In this document: piece by piece, positions 51,835 to 63,051 of the stretch
Position numbering within the stretch: position 1 is the stretch's first letter
How the letters are laid out: each line of letters begins with the position of its first letter
Assembly (NCBI GenBank): GCA_963777505.1
Contig: CAVZQN010000008.1
Location: forward strand, 480,001-544,000
Length of the DNA: 64,000 bases
Direction of reading: 5' to 3'
Source of the DNA: an uncultured bacterium
GTDB taxonomy: Bacteria > Acidobacteriota > HRBIN11 > JAKEFK01
Translations under genes and position numbers: made by a program
The notes under the pieces: model-generated
The model's input: the letters and a program-made list of their open reading frames with translations, nothing else
What the model was told of the DNA's origin: nothing
The model's database searches: none

Positions 51835-52146
51835 CATTCGCAGGCTCAAATGGTGCGCGATCGGCCGGCAGGCAATCAGCAGGCGATCCTGTTCGGCTTC
51901 GGTGACCCGCTATGCCAACCAGGTGCACCGGGACGGCGCCAGGGATACGGTCGCGGTACTGCTGATCGTCGGCGATGGCCCGGTCACCTCCTCGCCGTTC
52001 GCACCTCCATCGAAGTAATGGCCGCGGTTTTCAGGCTGTTCGTGTATGCTGCGGGCAGCCTGTTACCTGCGTGGCGGGCAGGTGTCTGGCGTCGTCGATA
52101 AGGTCTGCGCGCTGGACGGCGCACGGGTTTCGAAAGAGGCAGAATC

Positions 52147-53840
52147 ATGCAAAAGGCGGCCAGTTACGTCAGCGGAACATCGGATGCGCCGCTGCTCGGC
52201 ATGACGATCGGAGAGGCGCTCGATCGGGCGCGGCTGCAGTGGGGCGAGCGCGAAGCGCTGGTGTCGCCGAGTCACGGCGTGCGGCTGAGCTGGCGCGAGT
52301 TCGCCGACCAGGTCGATGCGGTTGCGGCGGGCTTTCTCGCGCTCGGCCTCGAGCGTGGCGACCGCATCGGCATCTGGTCGCTGAACCGGCCGGAATGGAC
52401 GCTGACGCAGTTCGCCGCCGCCAAGGCCGGGCTGATCCTGGTGACGATCAATCCGGCCTACCGCCTGAACGAACTGGAGTTCGCGCTCGCCAAGGTCGGC
52501 TGCAGCGCGCTGGTCACGGCGACCGCGTTCAAGACCAGCAACTACATGGAGATGATCAACACGCTTGCGCCGGAACTGGCGCGCTGCGCGCCGGGCGAAC
52601 TCAAGGCGGCAAAGCTGCCGAAGCTCCGCACCGTCATCCAGATCGGCGGGCCGAAGCAGCCCGGCACGATCGCCTTCGAGGACGTGGCGGGCATGGGGCG
52701 TGATCGCCATCGCGAGATGCTGGCCGGCTTGTCGAAGAGCCTGCAGTTCGACGATCCGATCAACATCCAGTTCACCAGCGGCACCACCGGCTCGCCGAAG
52801 GGCGTGACGCTGACGCACCACAACATTCTCAACAACGGCTATTTCGTCGGCCGCGCCATGGCGCTGACCGAACGCGACCGGATGTGCATCCCGGTGCCGC
52901 TCTATCACTGCTTCGGCATGGTGATGGGCAACCTCACGGCCGTGACGCATGGCTGCAGCGATGGTCTTTCCCGGCGAGGGCTTCGATCCGCTGGTGACGC
53001 TGACGACGATCGAGCAGGAGAAGTGCACGACGCTCTATGGCGTGCCGACGATGTTCATCGCCGAACTGGAGCATCCGGAGTTTTCGCGCTTCAACCTGTC
53101 GTCGCTGCGCACCGGCATCATGGCCGGCGCGCCGTGCCCGATCGAGGTGATGCGGCGGGTGATCGACAAGATGAACATGCGCGACGTGACGATCGCCTAC
53201 GGCATGACCGAGACCAGTCCGGTCAGCTTCCAGACCGGCATGAGCGACTACGGTGGAACGGCGCGTGTCGACGGTCGGCCGCGTTCATCCGCACATCGAG
53301 GTGAAGGTCGTCGATCTCGAGGGCAAGGTCGTGCCGCGCGGCGAGACCGGTGAACTGTGCACGCGCGGCTACAGCGTCATGCTGGGCTACTGGGACGAAC
53401 CGCAGAAGACCGCCGAGGTGCTGGACGACGGCGGCTGGATGCACACCGGCGATCTCGCCACCATCGACGACGAGGGCTACGGCAACATCGTCGGCCGCAT
53501 CAAGGACATGGTGATCCGCGGCGGCGAGAACCTCTATCCGCGCGAGATCGAGGAGTATCTCTACAAGCATCCGAAGGTCCAGGACGCCCAGGTGTTCGGC
53601 GTCGCCGACGACCGCTATGGCGAGGAGCTGTGCGCCTGGATTCGCGTCAAGCCCGGCGAGACGCTGACCGCGGAGGAGGTGCGTGCCTTCTGCCAGGGAC
53701 AGATCGCCCACAACAAGATCCCGCGCTACATCGAGTTCGTCGCCGAGTTTCCGATGACCGTGACCGGCAAGGTGCAGAAGTTCATCATGCGCGACGTGGT
53801 CGAGCAGAAGCTCGGGCTGAAGCGGGCGAAGACGGCCTGA
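52147..53840 (+). CDS. AMP-binding acyl-CoA synthetase, frameshifted
   Basis: [53 protein letters not shown]. Confidence 0.93.
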
Positions 53841-53927
53841 GCTGGCAAAGCGGTTTGCCTGCCGGCTTGCATCGCCGGCGCGCAAATGATTTCTTCTCCG
53901 AAACAACTGGAGTTTGGGGGAGATGTC

Positions 53928-54852
53928 ATGGACAGGCCGTTTGTCGTTCACGATCCGCGATTTGGCGCACTTGTCGTCGGCCATGGGCTGCTGGACAAGC
54001 TCCATACCGGCATGCGCTGGGCCGAGGGGCCGGCGTACTTTCCGGCCGGCCGCTATCTTGTCTGGTCGGACATTCCGAACGACCGGCTGATGCGGTTCGA
54101 CGAGACCGACGGCTCGGTGTCGGTATTTCGCGAGCCGTGCAACAACGCCAATGGCAACACCACCGATCACGAAGGCCGGCTCGTCACCTGCGAGCATCGC
54201 GGACGCCGTGTGACGCGCACCGAGCATGACGGCTCGATCACCGTGCTGGCCGACCGCTTCGAGGGCAAGAAGCTGAACTCGCCGAACGACCTGGTGATCA
54301 AGTCGGATCGCTCGATCTGGTTCACCGATCCGACCTACGGCATCGACAGCGACTACGAGGGCGACAAGGCCGAATCCGAGATCGGCGCGTCGAACGTCTA
54401 TCGCATCGATCCGAACAGCGGGGCGGTGACCCTGGTCATCAGCGACCGGATCAAGCCGAACGGCCTCGCGTTCTCGCCCGACGAGAAGATTCTCTATGTC
54501 GCCGACACCGGCGGCTCGCACGTGCCGGGGCTGCAAGCGGACGATGCACGCCTATGACGTCAATGCCGACGGCGTCTCGGTGAGCAACGGGCGGCTGTTT
54601 GCGACCTGTCCGGAAGGCGGCTTCGACGGCTTTCGCTGCGACACCGCCGGCAATGTCTGGACCTCGGCCGGCCGCAATGTGTTCTGCTATGCGCCGGACG
54701 GCACGCACATCGGCACGATTCCGATCGGCGAACTCGTCGCCAATGTCTGCTTCGGCGGCCCGAAGCGTAACCGTCTCTATATCTGCGGGCAGACATCGCT
54801 CTATGCGATCTACACCAAGGCGCGGGGAATTCTGACCGAAAACTCAGTGTGA
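53928..54852 (+). CDS. SMP-30/gluconolactonase family protein, frameshifted
   Basis: WAEGP, WSDIP, NGNT, LNSPND, WFTDP.YG, PNGLAFSPDE, DGFRCD, ANVCFGG. Confidence 0.93.
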
Positions 54853-54961
54853 TGCGCCGCACGCCGGCAGTTCGGGCGCGGCAATGCCGTTGAACCATTC
54901 CGCATGGCGGCGAACTAAACCCTGAACACGGCCGGTGGCCGCAACCATTCAGGGCCTCGCC

Positions 54962-55396
54962 ATGCGCTTCTTCCTCGCTACCGCCGCCATTATCATCGCT
55001 GTGACCGCCGCCCAGGCGCAGGGTGCCGCTGCGCGCGTCCGCGCGACGATCAGGCGGTCCAGAGCCTCGTCGAAAAACTGAAAGCCACGCGCGAACGTCA
55101 AGAGCGATGCAAAGCCGGCGGAGTCGGCGCCGGCCGAGGCGAAGCCGGTCGAGACGAAGCCTGACGAAGCCAAACCGGCAGAGATCAAGCCGGTCGCGGC
55201 CAAGCCTGCGGTGATCGAGACGAAGCCGGCTGAAACCAAGGCGGTCGAGACAAAGCCGGTCGAAGCGAAGCCGGTTCAGACCGTGACCGAAACGAAGCCG
55301 GAGAAGAAGCCCGTCGTCGTCAAGAGCCGCGAGACCCGCGAGCAGACCGCGCGCCGGATCGCCGAGAAGTACGGCTTCAACCTCGATATCGACTGA
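54962..55396 (+). CDS. Small secreted low-complexity protein with (E/T)KP(A/V)E repeats, frameshifted
   Basis: Signal peptide MRFFLATAAIIIAVTAAQAQ, repeats EAKPVETKPDEAKPAEIKP...ETKPAETKAVETKPVEAKP, tail RETREQTARRIAEKYG. Confidence 0.65.
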
Positions 55397-55417
55397 TCAG
55401 CAAAAAATCCGCAGCAT

Positions 55418-55529
55418 GTCGTCCCTGCGAAAGCGGGGTACGCCGTGTCGCCCATGAAGCAGTCGGTCGTTGTTGCCATTCCAACCATGACTTCTGTGGC
55501 GTATGGATGCCCTGCTTTCGCGGGATGAC
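55418..55529. repeat. Rhizobial REP/RIME-like palindromic element between convergent genes
   Basis: GTCGTCCCTGCGAAAGCGGGG ... CCCTGCTTTCGCGGGATGAC inverted arms, each with an internal hairpin. Confidence 0.8.
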
Positions 55530-55544
55530 GAGTAGAGGCCGCAG

Positions 55545-56506
55545 CTATCGGTGTTCGTTCTTCAGGAACGAAATCAGCGCGGCGTTGACCTCGTCCGGCC
55601 GCTCCTGCTGGGTCCAGTGTCCGCAGCCCTCCAGGATGATGGTCTCGCGCAGCTGCGGGATGTGTTCCTTCAATTGCGGGATCAACTGGTCCATGCCGGG
55701 AAACCGGTAGACCAGGTCGTGATCGCCGACCACGTAGAGCGCCGGCACGCTGATCTTCGCTCCGGCCCATGGCGCGAGCAGCTGCCAGTTGCGGTCGATG
55801 TTGCGATACCAGTTCAGTCCGCCGCGAAAGCCGGCGCGCGTGAACTCTTCCGCGTAGGTGTCGATGTCCGCCTGCGTGAGCCAGGGCGGCAGGCTTTCCG
55901 GGGCCGCTCGCGACGCGAGCCAGCCGCCGGCGCGCGGCACCATGCCGGCGCCTTCGGAGGCTCCCGAGCCTCCAACCCCGATCAGAAGCTTCATGATCGT
56001 GCCCCTGACGTCGCCTTCGAATTCGCGCTCGGCGACGCCAGGCTCCTGAAAGTAGAGCTGGTAGAAGATCGCGTTGTCGGTCTGCGGCATCACGCTGGTC
56101 GGCTGCACCGGGCGCGCGCGGACGGTGACGGGACGCTCAGCGCAGCGACCGCCTTGAAGATGTCCGGGCGCAGCAGTGCGCAATGCCAGGCGACCGGCGC
56201 GCCCCAGTCGTGGCCGACGACGGCGGCCTCGGTGCGTCCCAGCGCGGACACCGCGCCGACGATGTCGCCGACCAGATGCAGCAGCGTGTATTGATCGATG
56301 TCGTGCGGCTTGTCGGTCTTGCCGTAGCCGCGCATGTCCGGCGCAACGGCATGGTATCCGGCCTCGGCCAGCGCCGTCAGCTGATGCCGCCACGAGTACC
56401 AGGACTCGGGCCAGCCGTGGCACAGCAGCACCAGCGGCCCGGAGCCGGCCTCGGCGATGTGCATGGAAATGCCGTTGGTCTCGATCGTGCGATGGGAGAT
56501 GGTCAT
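55545..56506 (-). CDS. Epoxide hydrolase-like alpha/beta hydrolase, frameshifted
   Basis: HGWPESWYSWRHQ, APDMRGYG, GHDWGA, LNWYRN, GHWTQQE. Confidence 0.92.
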
Positions 56507-57037
56507 CCTGACGTATCCTTCCAGTGCGCGTCGAGCCGCTGCAGGATTTCTTCTACGATTCCATCGATGCTCTTTTCGACGCCGGCGATCAAGGCATGCT
56601 CGCTCGTGTCGGGCTCTTCCAGTGCGGCGAACTGGCTGTCGAGCAGGCTGGCCGGAAAGTAGTGACCCTTGCGCTCGTTCAGGCGGCTCATGATCAGTTC
56701 GCGGCTGCCCTGCAGATAGACGACGAGCACGTCGCGATGCTCGCCGACCAGCGCCTTGCGGTAGGCGCGCTTCAGCGCCGAGCAGGCGATGACGACGTGC
56801 TCGCCCGCGGGACGCCTGCCGGTCGATCTCGGCGGCGAGGCGCGTCGAACCAGGGCCAGCGGTCGTCGTCGGTCAGCGGCGTGCCGCTGCGCATCTTCTC
56901 CACATTGCTTGCGGGATGAAATGCATCGCCGTCGATGAACTCCCAGCCGAGCCTTTGCGCCAGCACTTCGGCGACCGTGGTCTTGCCGACGCCGGAAACG
57001 CCCATGACGATGATGGCGTGCAGCGCGCAGGCGGCAT
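56503..57037 (-). CDS. gntK: Gluconokinase, frameshifted
   Basis: VMGVSGVGKTT, DGDAFHPASNVEKM, PLTDDDRWPW, CSALKRAYR, LLDSQFAALEEP. Confidence 0.9.
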
Positions 57038-58023
57038 TACGGCTTCCCGGGCTCCTTGTGGCCGCCGAAGCCGTCGCGCATCGCGGAGAGGATCTTCTCC
57101 GCAAAGGTGTGCGACTGCCGCGAGCGGAAGCGCGCATAGAGCGCCGCCGTCAGCACCTCGGCCGGCACCGCCTCGTCCACCGCGGCGTTGACGGTCCAGC
57201 GGCCTTCGCCGGAGTCCTCGACATGGCCCGAATAGCCGTCGAGCGTGCCGTTGCGCGCCAGCGCCTGCGCGGTGAGATCGAGCAGCCAGGAGGGGATGAC
57301 GCTGCCGCGCCGCCAGACCTCGGCGACGTCGGCGACGTCGAGGTCGAGCCGGTGTTCCTCGGGCAGCGCCTTGCTGTTGGCGTTCTTCAGAATGTCGAAG
57401 CCTTCGGCATAGGCCTGCATCAGACCGTACTCGATGCCGTTGTGGATCATCTTGACGAAGTGGCCGGCGCCGTTCGGCCCGGCGTGGATGTAGCCCTGTT
57501 CGACACGCGGGTCGCGCGCTCTCGCGGCCGAGCGTAGCGCGGAATGTCGCCGCGGCCCGGCGCCAGCGCCGCAAACAGCGGATCGAGCCGGTCCACCACC
57601 GCCTTGTCGCCGCCGATCATCAGGCAATAGCCGCGCGTCAGTCCCCAGACGCCGCCCGATGTGCCGACGTCGAGATAGTGGATGCCTTTTTCGCGCAATG
57701 CCTTCGCGCGACGGATGTCGTCCTGCCAGAAGGTGTTGCCGCCGTCGATGATGACGTCGCCAGCGGAGAGCAGGGAAGCCAGTTCGCCGATCGTCTCCTC
57801 GGTGATCTTGCCCGCCGGCAACATCACCCACACCGTGCGCGGCGCCGCAAGCTGTGCGACGAACCCGGCCAGCGTCGTGCTGCCGGCTGCGCCCTCGGCC
57901 TTGAGCGCAGACACCGCGTCGGCGCTCTTGTCGTAAGACCACGGCCTGAAAGCTGCCGGTCGCCGTCAGCCGCCGGACGATGTTGGCGCCCATGCGCCCC
58001 AAGCCAACCATGCCGATCTGCAT
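57037..58023 (-). CDS. gnd: 6-phosphogluconate dehydrogenase (decarboxylating, short type), frameshifted
   Basis: [55 protein letters not shown]. Confidence 0.93.
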   Translation of the reverse strand: MQIGMVGLGRMGANIVRRLTATGSFQAVVLRQERRRGVCAQGRGRSRQHDAGRVRRTACGAAHGVGDVAGGQDHRGDDRRTGFPALRWRRHHRRRQHLLAGRHPSREGIARKRHPLSRRRHIGRRLGTDARLLPDDRRRQGGGGPARSAVCGAGAGPRRHSALRSAARARDPRVEQGYIHAGPNGAGHFVKMIHNGIEYGLMQAYAEGFDILKNANSKALPEEHRLDLDVADVAEVWRRGSVIPSWLLDLTAQALARNGTLDGYSGHVEDSGEGRWTVNAAVDEAVPAEVLTAALYARFRSRQSHTFAEKILSAMRDGFGGHKEPGKP

Positions 58024-58172
58024 TCTTATGCACCCTCTGTCCAGCGCGCGTTGTCGCTGACATTATCGTCCATTCCTCATCCGTTTTGAAACGAAGAAGA
58101 TTGCCTTATGTCACAGGGCAAAAGGCGAGCTGATCAAGGAAATCGCAGCCACTGGCGAACGGGTTCGACCTG

Positions 58173-59165
58173 CTACTGCGAGCCTTCCAGTCCGAGGTCC
58201 TTCACGACCGTGCTCCACTTCGCGCGTTCTGCGCGGATGTAGCGGGTGATCTCGTCGATCGGCGCGGTGTCGACCGGCAGCAGTCCGGTCGCCGCGAGCC
58301 TTTCCTTGAAGGCCTTGTCGCCGGTGATCCGTTTCATCTCCGCATGTAGCCGGTCGACGATTTCCCGCGGGGTGCTCGCGGGTGCGACCAGCACATGCCA
58401 GGAAACGGCTTCGTAGCCGGTGAGGCCGGTTGCCTCAGCCAGCGTCGGCACCGCGGGCAGGCTGGGCAGGCGTTCCAGTGACGTCACGGCAAGCGCCTTG
58501 AGACGGCCCTCACGGATCAGTGCCAGCGATGCACCCATTTCGGCGATCGAGGCATGGACATGACCGCCGACGACATCGGTGATCGCTTGCGGTGACGACC
58601 GGTAGGCGACATGCGTGGCCTCGAAGCCGAACCGGCGCTTCAGGGCTTCCATCGTCAGGTGCTGAAGCAGGCCCGCACCGGGCGTGCTGTAGTTGAGCGG
58701 GCTCGCAGCTTTATCCTTTGCGCGCTTCATGAATGCCTCGACACTGTCGAAGCCGGCGTCCGCATTGACTACGAGTACAAACGGAGACTTGGCGTAGAGT
58801 GCGATCGGCACGAAATCCGCATCAGGGTCGTAGGCAATCTTCTTGTAGAGAGTTTGGTTGACCGCCAGCGGCGCAATGGCCGCGACCAGCAGCGTGTGTC
58901 CGTCGCCGGTGGCGCGCGCGACTGAAGCCGCGGCCGTCATCATGGCGGCGCCGGGCTGGTTTTCGATGACAACCGGCTTGCCGAGGCTCTTCGCGAGCTC
59001 GTCGCCATAGATGCGTGCCACCGCATCCATGCCGGTCCCGGCCGCAAGCGGCACGACGATCGTGATGTTCCTTGAGGGATAGGCCTGTGCTTGAGTCGCG
59101 TCCGGCGCGGCAAACTGAAGAAGCAGCCCTAGCGTCAGGGCGGCGGCGAGCGTTCGAACCGGCAT
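58173..59165 (-). CDS. Bug/TctC tripartite tricarboxylate transporter substrate-binding protein
   Basis: YPSRNITIVVPLAAG, VIENQPGA, DGHTLL, HVAYR, LAVTS..R...P.VPT; signal peptide. Confidence 0.92.
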   Translation of the reverse strand: MPVRTLAAALTLGLLLQFAAPDATQAQAYPSRNITIVVPLAAGTGMDAVARIYGDELAKSLGKPVVIENQPGAAMMTAAASVARATGDGHTLLVAAIAPLAVNQTLYKKIAYDPDADFVPIALYAKSPFVLVVNADAGFDSVEAFMKRAKDKAASPLNYSTPGAGLLQHLTMEALKRRFGFEATHVAYRSSPQAITDVVGGHVHASIAEMGASLALIREGRLKALAVTSLERLPSLPAVPTLAEATGLTGYEAVSWHVLVAPASTPREIVDRLHAEMKRITGDKAFKERLAATGLLPVDTAPIDEITRYIRAERAKWSTVVKDLGLEGSQ

Positions 59166-59250
59166 CGGCGTGGACTCCCGGACATCTGGATGGCGACAAG
59201 GTGACGACGCGATGGAAACGCGCCGCGACAGGCTTGTCAAATCCATCCAG

Positions 59251-59928
59251 CTATCGTCCGCCTGCGCCAACAATCAGCGCCGCCACCTCGCGCTGCCCCT
59301 TTGCCCTGGCGTGTGCCAGCGGTGAGACACCTTCCTTGTCGGCAATGTCGGGCCTGGCTCCGGCTGCGAGCACGAGCCTGGTGATCTCGACATGGCGAGG
59401 GCCGCCGTCACCGAGGATGACGATCTCCAGCAGGCAGGTCCAGCCGAGGTTGTTGATGTGATTGACGTCGATCTTCGTGGTCAGCAGCAGCCTGACAGTT
59501 TCCACATGCCCGCGCTCGCACGCCGGGATCAGGGCGTTGCCGCCGTAGCGGTTGCGCAGCGAAAAATCGGGACCCTTCGGGATCATGTGCCGCAGCATGT
59601 CCGTCCGGCCAAGCGCGCCGGCGAGCAGCCACGGGCTGTCCTGATTGGCGGCTTGTGCATTGATGCTGGCGCCGGCGTCGATGAGGACCTTTGCCGCATC
59701 CAGGTGATCGCGGGCGACCGCAATCAGCAAAGGCGTGCGGCGTGCGCCGTCGACGGGGTCGACCGGCGCACCAGCCGAGATGAGCTGGCGCAACGCTGCG
59801 ACGTCGCCACGATCGGCCGCCTGCAGCATCGCCTGTGCCTGCGACGGTTGCTGGCCAAACCCGGGACTACCCAGCGACATGAGCAGCCCCAGCGCAGCAA
59901 ACACTGTGCGCAAATTCATGATTGGCAT
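59251..59928 (-). CDS. Secreted ankyrin-repeat protein
   Basis: Signal-like N-terminus; ankyrin repeats RTPLLIAV, SPWLLAG, NALIPACERGH, WTCLLE, SPLAHA. Confidence 0.88.
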   Translation of the reverse strand: MPIMNLRTVFAALGLLMSLGSPGFGQQPSQAQAMLQAADRGDVAALRQLISAGAPVDPVDGARRTPLLIAVARDHLDAAKVLIDAGASINAQAANQDSPWLLAGALGRTDMLRHMIPKGPDFSLRNRYGGNALIPACERGHVETVRLLLTTKIDVNHINNLGWTCLLEIVILGDGGPRHVEITRLVLAAGARPDIADKEGVSPLAHARAKGQREVAALIVGAGGR

Positions 59929-59930
59929 CC

Positions 59931-60356
59931 TCAGCCGTCTTGCGGCGGTCCGCCATCGTTCGCCTCCGGTCCAAACCGCATCCGCGCAACGCCCGCCTGC
60001 GCCAGCGCGCTGGCAGAGGGCGCAGGGACGCGACGTGGAGTAGATGATCGTGCCGTCGAGTCTCCGGTTGCCCGTCCGCTGCTGCGCATCCCACAGTGCG
60101 ACGCGTTCGGCATGTGCATCGGCATTTCCATCGACGAAGACCCTGCTGGGGCCGTAGCCGACGATCTCGCTCTGACAAGCACTTCTCCATAGGGTTGATC
60201 CCCGCTGGCAATTGCCTGTTGCCTGATGCGCTCTGCCTCCGCGACGAAGTGTGCATCCTGGCCCCTCATGCCCAAAGATATCCGCGGCGCGATCAGCCAT
60301 GCGGCGGCGCCGCTTGCCGCGGCGACGATCCTCCGGCGACTGGTGCGGCCGTTCAT
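59931..60356 (-). CDS. Tat-signal zinc-dependent (cytidine deaminase-like) nucleoside deaminase, frameshifted
   Basis: SRRRIVAAAS twin-arginine leader, GDQPYG, HAERVA and YSTSRPCALC motifs across two frames. Confidence 0.8.
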   Translation of the reverse strand: MNGRTSRRRIVAAASGAAAWLIAPRISLGMRGQDAHFVAEAERIRQQAIASGDQPYGEVLVRARSSATAPAGSSSMEMPMHMPNASHCGMRSSGRATGDSTARSSTPRRVPAPSASALAQAGVARMRFGPEANDGGPPQDG

Positions 60357-60503
60357 GCGTCTACTCCTGGGACCCGCATCAGGGAAACTTAGTCGGAGTA
60401 TCACGCCGGGTGATACCGCAGTGCAAGCGCTCGCGCTTGTGCCGGGGTCGCGCGTTTCGTAAAATCACCCATCAGCCAACGTTCACAATCCGAGGAAATG
60501 CCA

Positions 60504-61784
60504 ATGAACATGCAGATTGCTCACACGCCGCGGCGCACCAGCTACGGGCTCACTCCCGGTGATGAAATGAACGATCTGCGCATGTCCGACCAGGTTCGGC
60601 CGCTTTATGATCATGTCCGCAGGTTCATCAAGGAGACGGTCGACCCGATGGCCGCCGAATTCGCGCGACTCGGGCGCGACAAGACCGACCGCTGGAGCTT
60701 TGCGCCCGGACAACTTGAGATCCTGCAGAAGGCCAAGGACAAGGCGAAGACGGAAGGGCTGTGGAACTTCTTCCTGCCGGACGCGGAGACCGGCGAAGGC
60801 CTCAAGAACCTCGATTACGCCTACATCGCCGTCGAACTCGGCAAGAGCCCGATGGCGTCCGAGACCATGAATTGCGCCGCGCCCGATACCGGCAACATGG
60901 AGGTGCTGGAGCGGGTCGGAACCAAGGAGCAGAAAGAGAAGTGGCTGAAGCCGCTGCTCAATGGCGAAATTCGCTCCGCCTACGTCATGACCGAGCCGAA
61001 TGTCGCTTCGTCGGACGCCAAGAACGTCTCGACCACGGCAAAGCTTGTCGGCGACGAGTACGTGATCAACGGTGAGAAGTACTATATCTCCGGCGCAGGC
61101 GATCCGCGCTGCAAGATCATGATCGTGATGGTGAAGACCAACCCGGACGCGCCGCCGAGCAAGCAGCAGTCGCAGATACTCGTCCCCAAGGACACGCCTG
61201 GTGTCCATATCCTCGGGCCGATGCATGTGTTCGGACACGATCACGCGCCGCGCGGCCACATGCATATTCGCTTCGACAATGTGCGGGTGCCGAAGGAGAA
61301 CATGCTGCTGGGCGAGGGGCGTGGCTTCGAGATTTCACAGGTGCGGCTCGGCCCAGGCCGAATCCATCACTGCATGCGCACGATCGGCAAGGCGGAGAAG
61401 GCGCTCGACATGATGGTCACGCGTGGTCTCACGCGAGTTGCCTTCGGCAAGCAGATCGCCCATCTCGGCGGCAACCTGCAGATCATCGCGCAGGCGCGCT
61501 GCGAGATCGAGGCGATGCGGCTGATGGTGCTGAAGGCGGCCAAGGCGATGGACGTGCTCGGCAACAAGGAAGCGCGCGTCTGGGTCAGCATGGTCAAGGC
61601 GATGGTGCCGGAGCGGGCGTGCAAGATCATCGACCAGGCGATCCAGATGCACGGCGCCACCGGCATCTCGCAATGGACCCCGCTGGCCGACCTCTACACC
61701 GACGTTCGCCACCTGCGCTTCGCCGATGGTCCGGATGAGGTGCACTGGATGGTGGTCGGCCGTCACGAACTGAGCATGATGTGA
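60504..61784 (+). CDS. Acyl-CoA dehydrogenase (ACAD10/11, FadE2-like)
   Basis: Intact; NCAAPDTGNMEVL, MTEPNVASSDA, RLGPGRIHHCMR, IQMHGATG, DGPDEVH. Confidence 0.94.
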   Translation: MNMQIAHTPRRTSYGLTPGDEMNDLRMSDQVRPLYDHVRRFIKETVDPMAAEFARLGRDKTDRWSFAPGQLEILQKAKDKAKTEGLWNFFLPDAETGEGLKNLDYAYIAVELGKSPMASETMNCAAPDTGNMEVLERVGTKEQKEKWLKPLLNGEIRSAYVMTEPNVASSDAKNVSTTAKLVGDEYVINGEKYYISGAGDPRCKIMIVMVKTNPDAPPSKQQSQILVPKDTPGVHILGPMHVFGHDHAPRGHMHIRFDNVRVPKENMLLGEGRGFEISQVRLGPGRIHHCMRTIGKAEKALDMMVTRGLTRVAFGKQIAHLGGNLQIIAQARCEIEAMRLMVLKAAKAMDVLGNKEARVWVSMVKAMVPERACKIIDQAIQMHGATGISQWTPLADLYTDVRHLRFADGPDEVHWMVVGRHELSMM

Positions 61785-61946
61785 GACCTGGTCACCACGG
61801 AGTCTCATGAAATCTGCCCGGGTGCTCCTGCGGGAGCATCCGGCGCGCGATGTCCTTCGCAACGAGCACGATTGGTCTTTTCCGGCTTGCTGACGTAATG
61901 TTGCCGTCGGCTCGGTGGCTCCGGGCAACAGCATCGGGAGGGCGAG

Positions 61947-62954
61947 ATGACTGATTGGATGAGGCTCAATCGTCGTGAAATACTGAGTGGCGGTGCCGCG
62001 CTCGCTGCAACAGTGGCCCTGACGGGCGGGTCGCGCGATGCAGTTGCCAAGGCGCCCTTTGCCACCTCACAGTCGTCGTATTTCTATCGGTTCCCGCTCG
62101 GCAAGTTCCAGGCAACCGTAGTCTCGGATGGGCCGCTGCCGCTCGGCAAACCCTCGGATACGATGAAGGGGATGGCGGAAGCGGACATCAACAAGGCGCT
62201 CACCGACAACTTCCTCCCGACCGATAGTGTGGTGCTCGAACAGAACATTCTCGTGCTCAACACCGGAAACCGTCTCGTCATGTTCGACAGCGGCATGGGC
62301 TTCTCGAAGGCATTCGGCGCCACGACGGGGAAACTGCTGGCGAATCTTCGGCAGGCGGGGATCCAGCCGGGTCAGATCGACGATATCATCTGCACGCACG
62401 CCCATATCGATCACATCGGGGGTCTTGCGAGCGCCACGGGCCAGCGGTTGTTCCCCAATGCAACGATCCACATTTCCCAGTCCGACTATGATTTCTGGAC
62501 CGACGAGCAAAAGCTTGCGGACAAGGACCTCGGCGCCTTCGTCAAGCACGCACGCGATAACCTTCTGCCCTACAAGGGGCGGATCGCATGGGTTTCGGAC
62601 GGCAAACCAGTGCTGCCTGGAATCCAGGCGATGAGTGCGCCCGGTCACACCGTCGGGCATACGATCTACCTCATCGAGTTGGACAAGGCGCGTCTCGCCT
62701 TCACAGGCGACGTCTCGCATCATCAGATTCTGCTCACCGAGAAGCCGCGCACCGAGTTCGCCTATGACGGCGATCCGAAGCAGGCGGTACAGAGCCGGCT
62801 GCGCGTGTTCGACATGCTGGCGAACGATCGCATTCCGCTGCTCGCATTCCATTTCCCGTGGCCCGGCTACGGCAACCTGGCCAAGCAGGGCGAAGGCTTT
62901 CGCTACTTCCCGACGCCCATGACGATCGTGCGGATTCCGGCGAAGAAGTCCTAG
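61947..62954 (+). CDS. Tat-exported MBL-fold metallo-hydrolase (methyl-parathion hydrolase-like)
   Basis: NRREIL Tat signal, THAHIDHIGG, PGHTVGH, GD, HFPWPG. Confidence 0.92.
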   Translation: MTDWMRLNRREILSGGAALAATVALTGGSRDAVAKAPFATSQSSYFYRFPLGKFQATVVSDGPLPLGKPSDTMKGMAEADINKALTDNFLPTDSVVLEQNILVLNTGNRLVMFDSGMGFSKAFGATTGKLLANLRQAGIQPGQIDDIICTHAHIDHIGGLASATGQRLFPNATIHISQSDYDFWTDEQKLADKDLGAFVKHARDNLLPYKGRIAWVSDGKPVLPGIQAMSAPGHTVGHTIYLIELDKARLAFTGDVSHHQILLTEKPRTEFAYDGDPKQAVQSRLRVFDMLANDRIPLLAFHFPWPGYGNLAKQGEGFRYFPTPMTIVRIPAKKS

Positions 62955-63051
62955 CTACGTAGGGCAAGTCGGTCTGAAACGGTTCGGCGCCGGCAGGTCA
63001 TTCTGCCGGCGCAAGTTTGCCTGGCCTTCGTTGATTGCGCGTGGTCTGCAT

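Noticed and set aside
51850-52101. Possible gene fragment between the TfoX gene and the acyl-CoA ligase
   Set aside because: No consistent frame or recognisable motif; cannot be supported.
59251-60300. Deaminase-ankyrin fusion ORF (349 aa)
   Set aside because: The ankyrin part has its own start and signal peptide, and the deaminase C-terminus ends at 59931 in another frame; probably an indel artefact.
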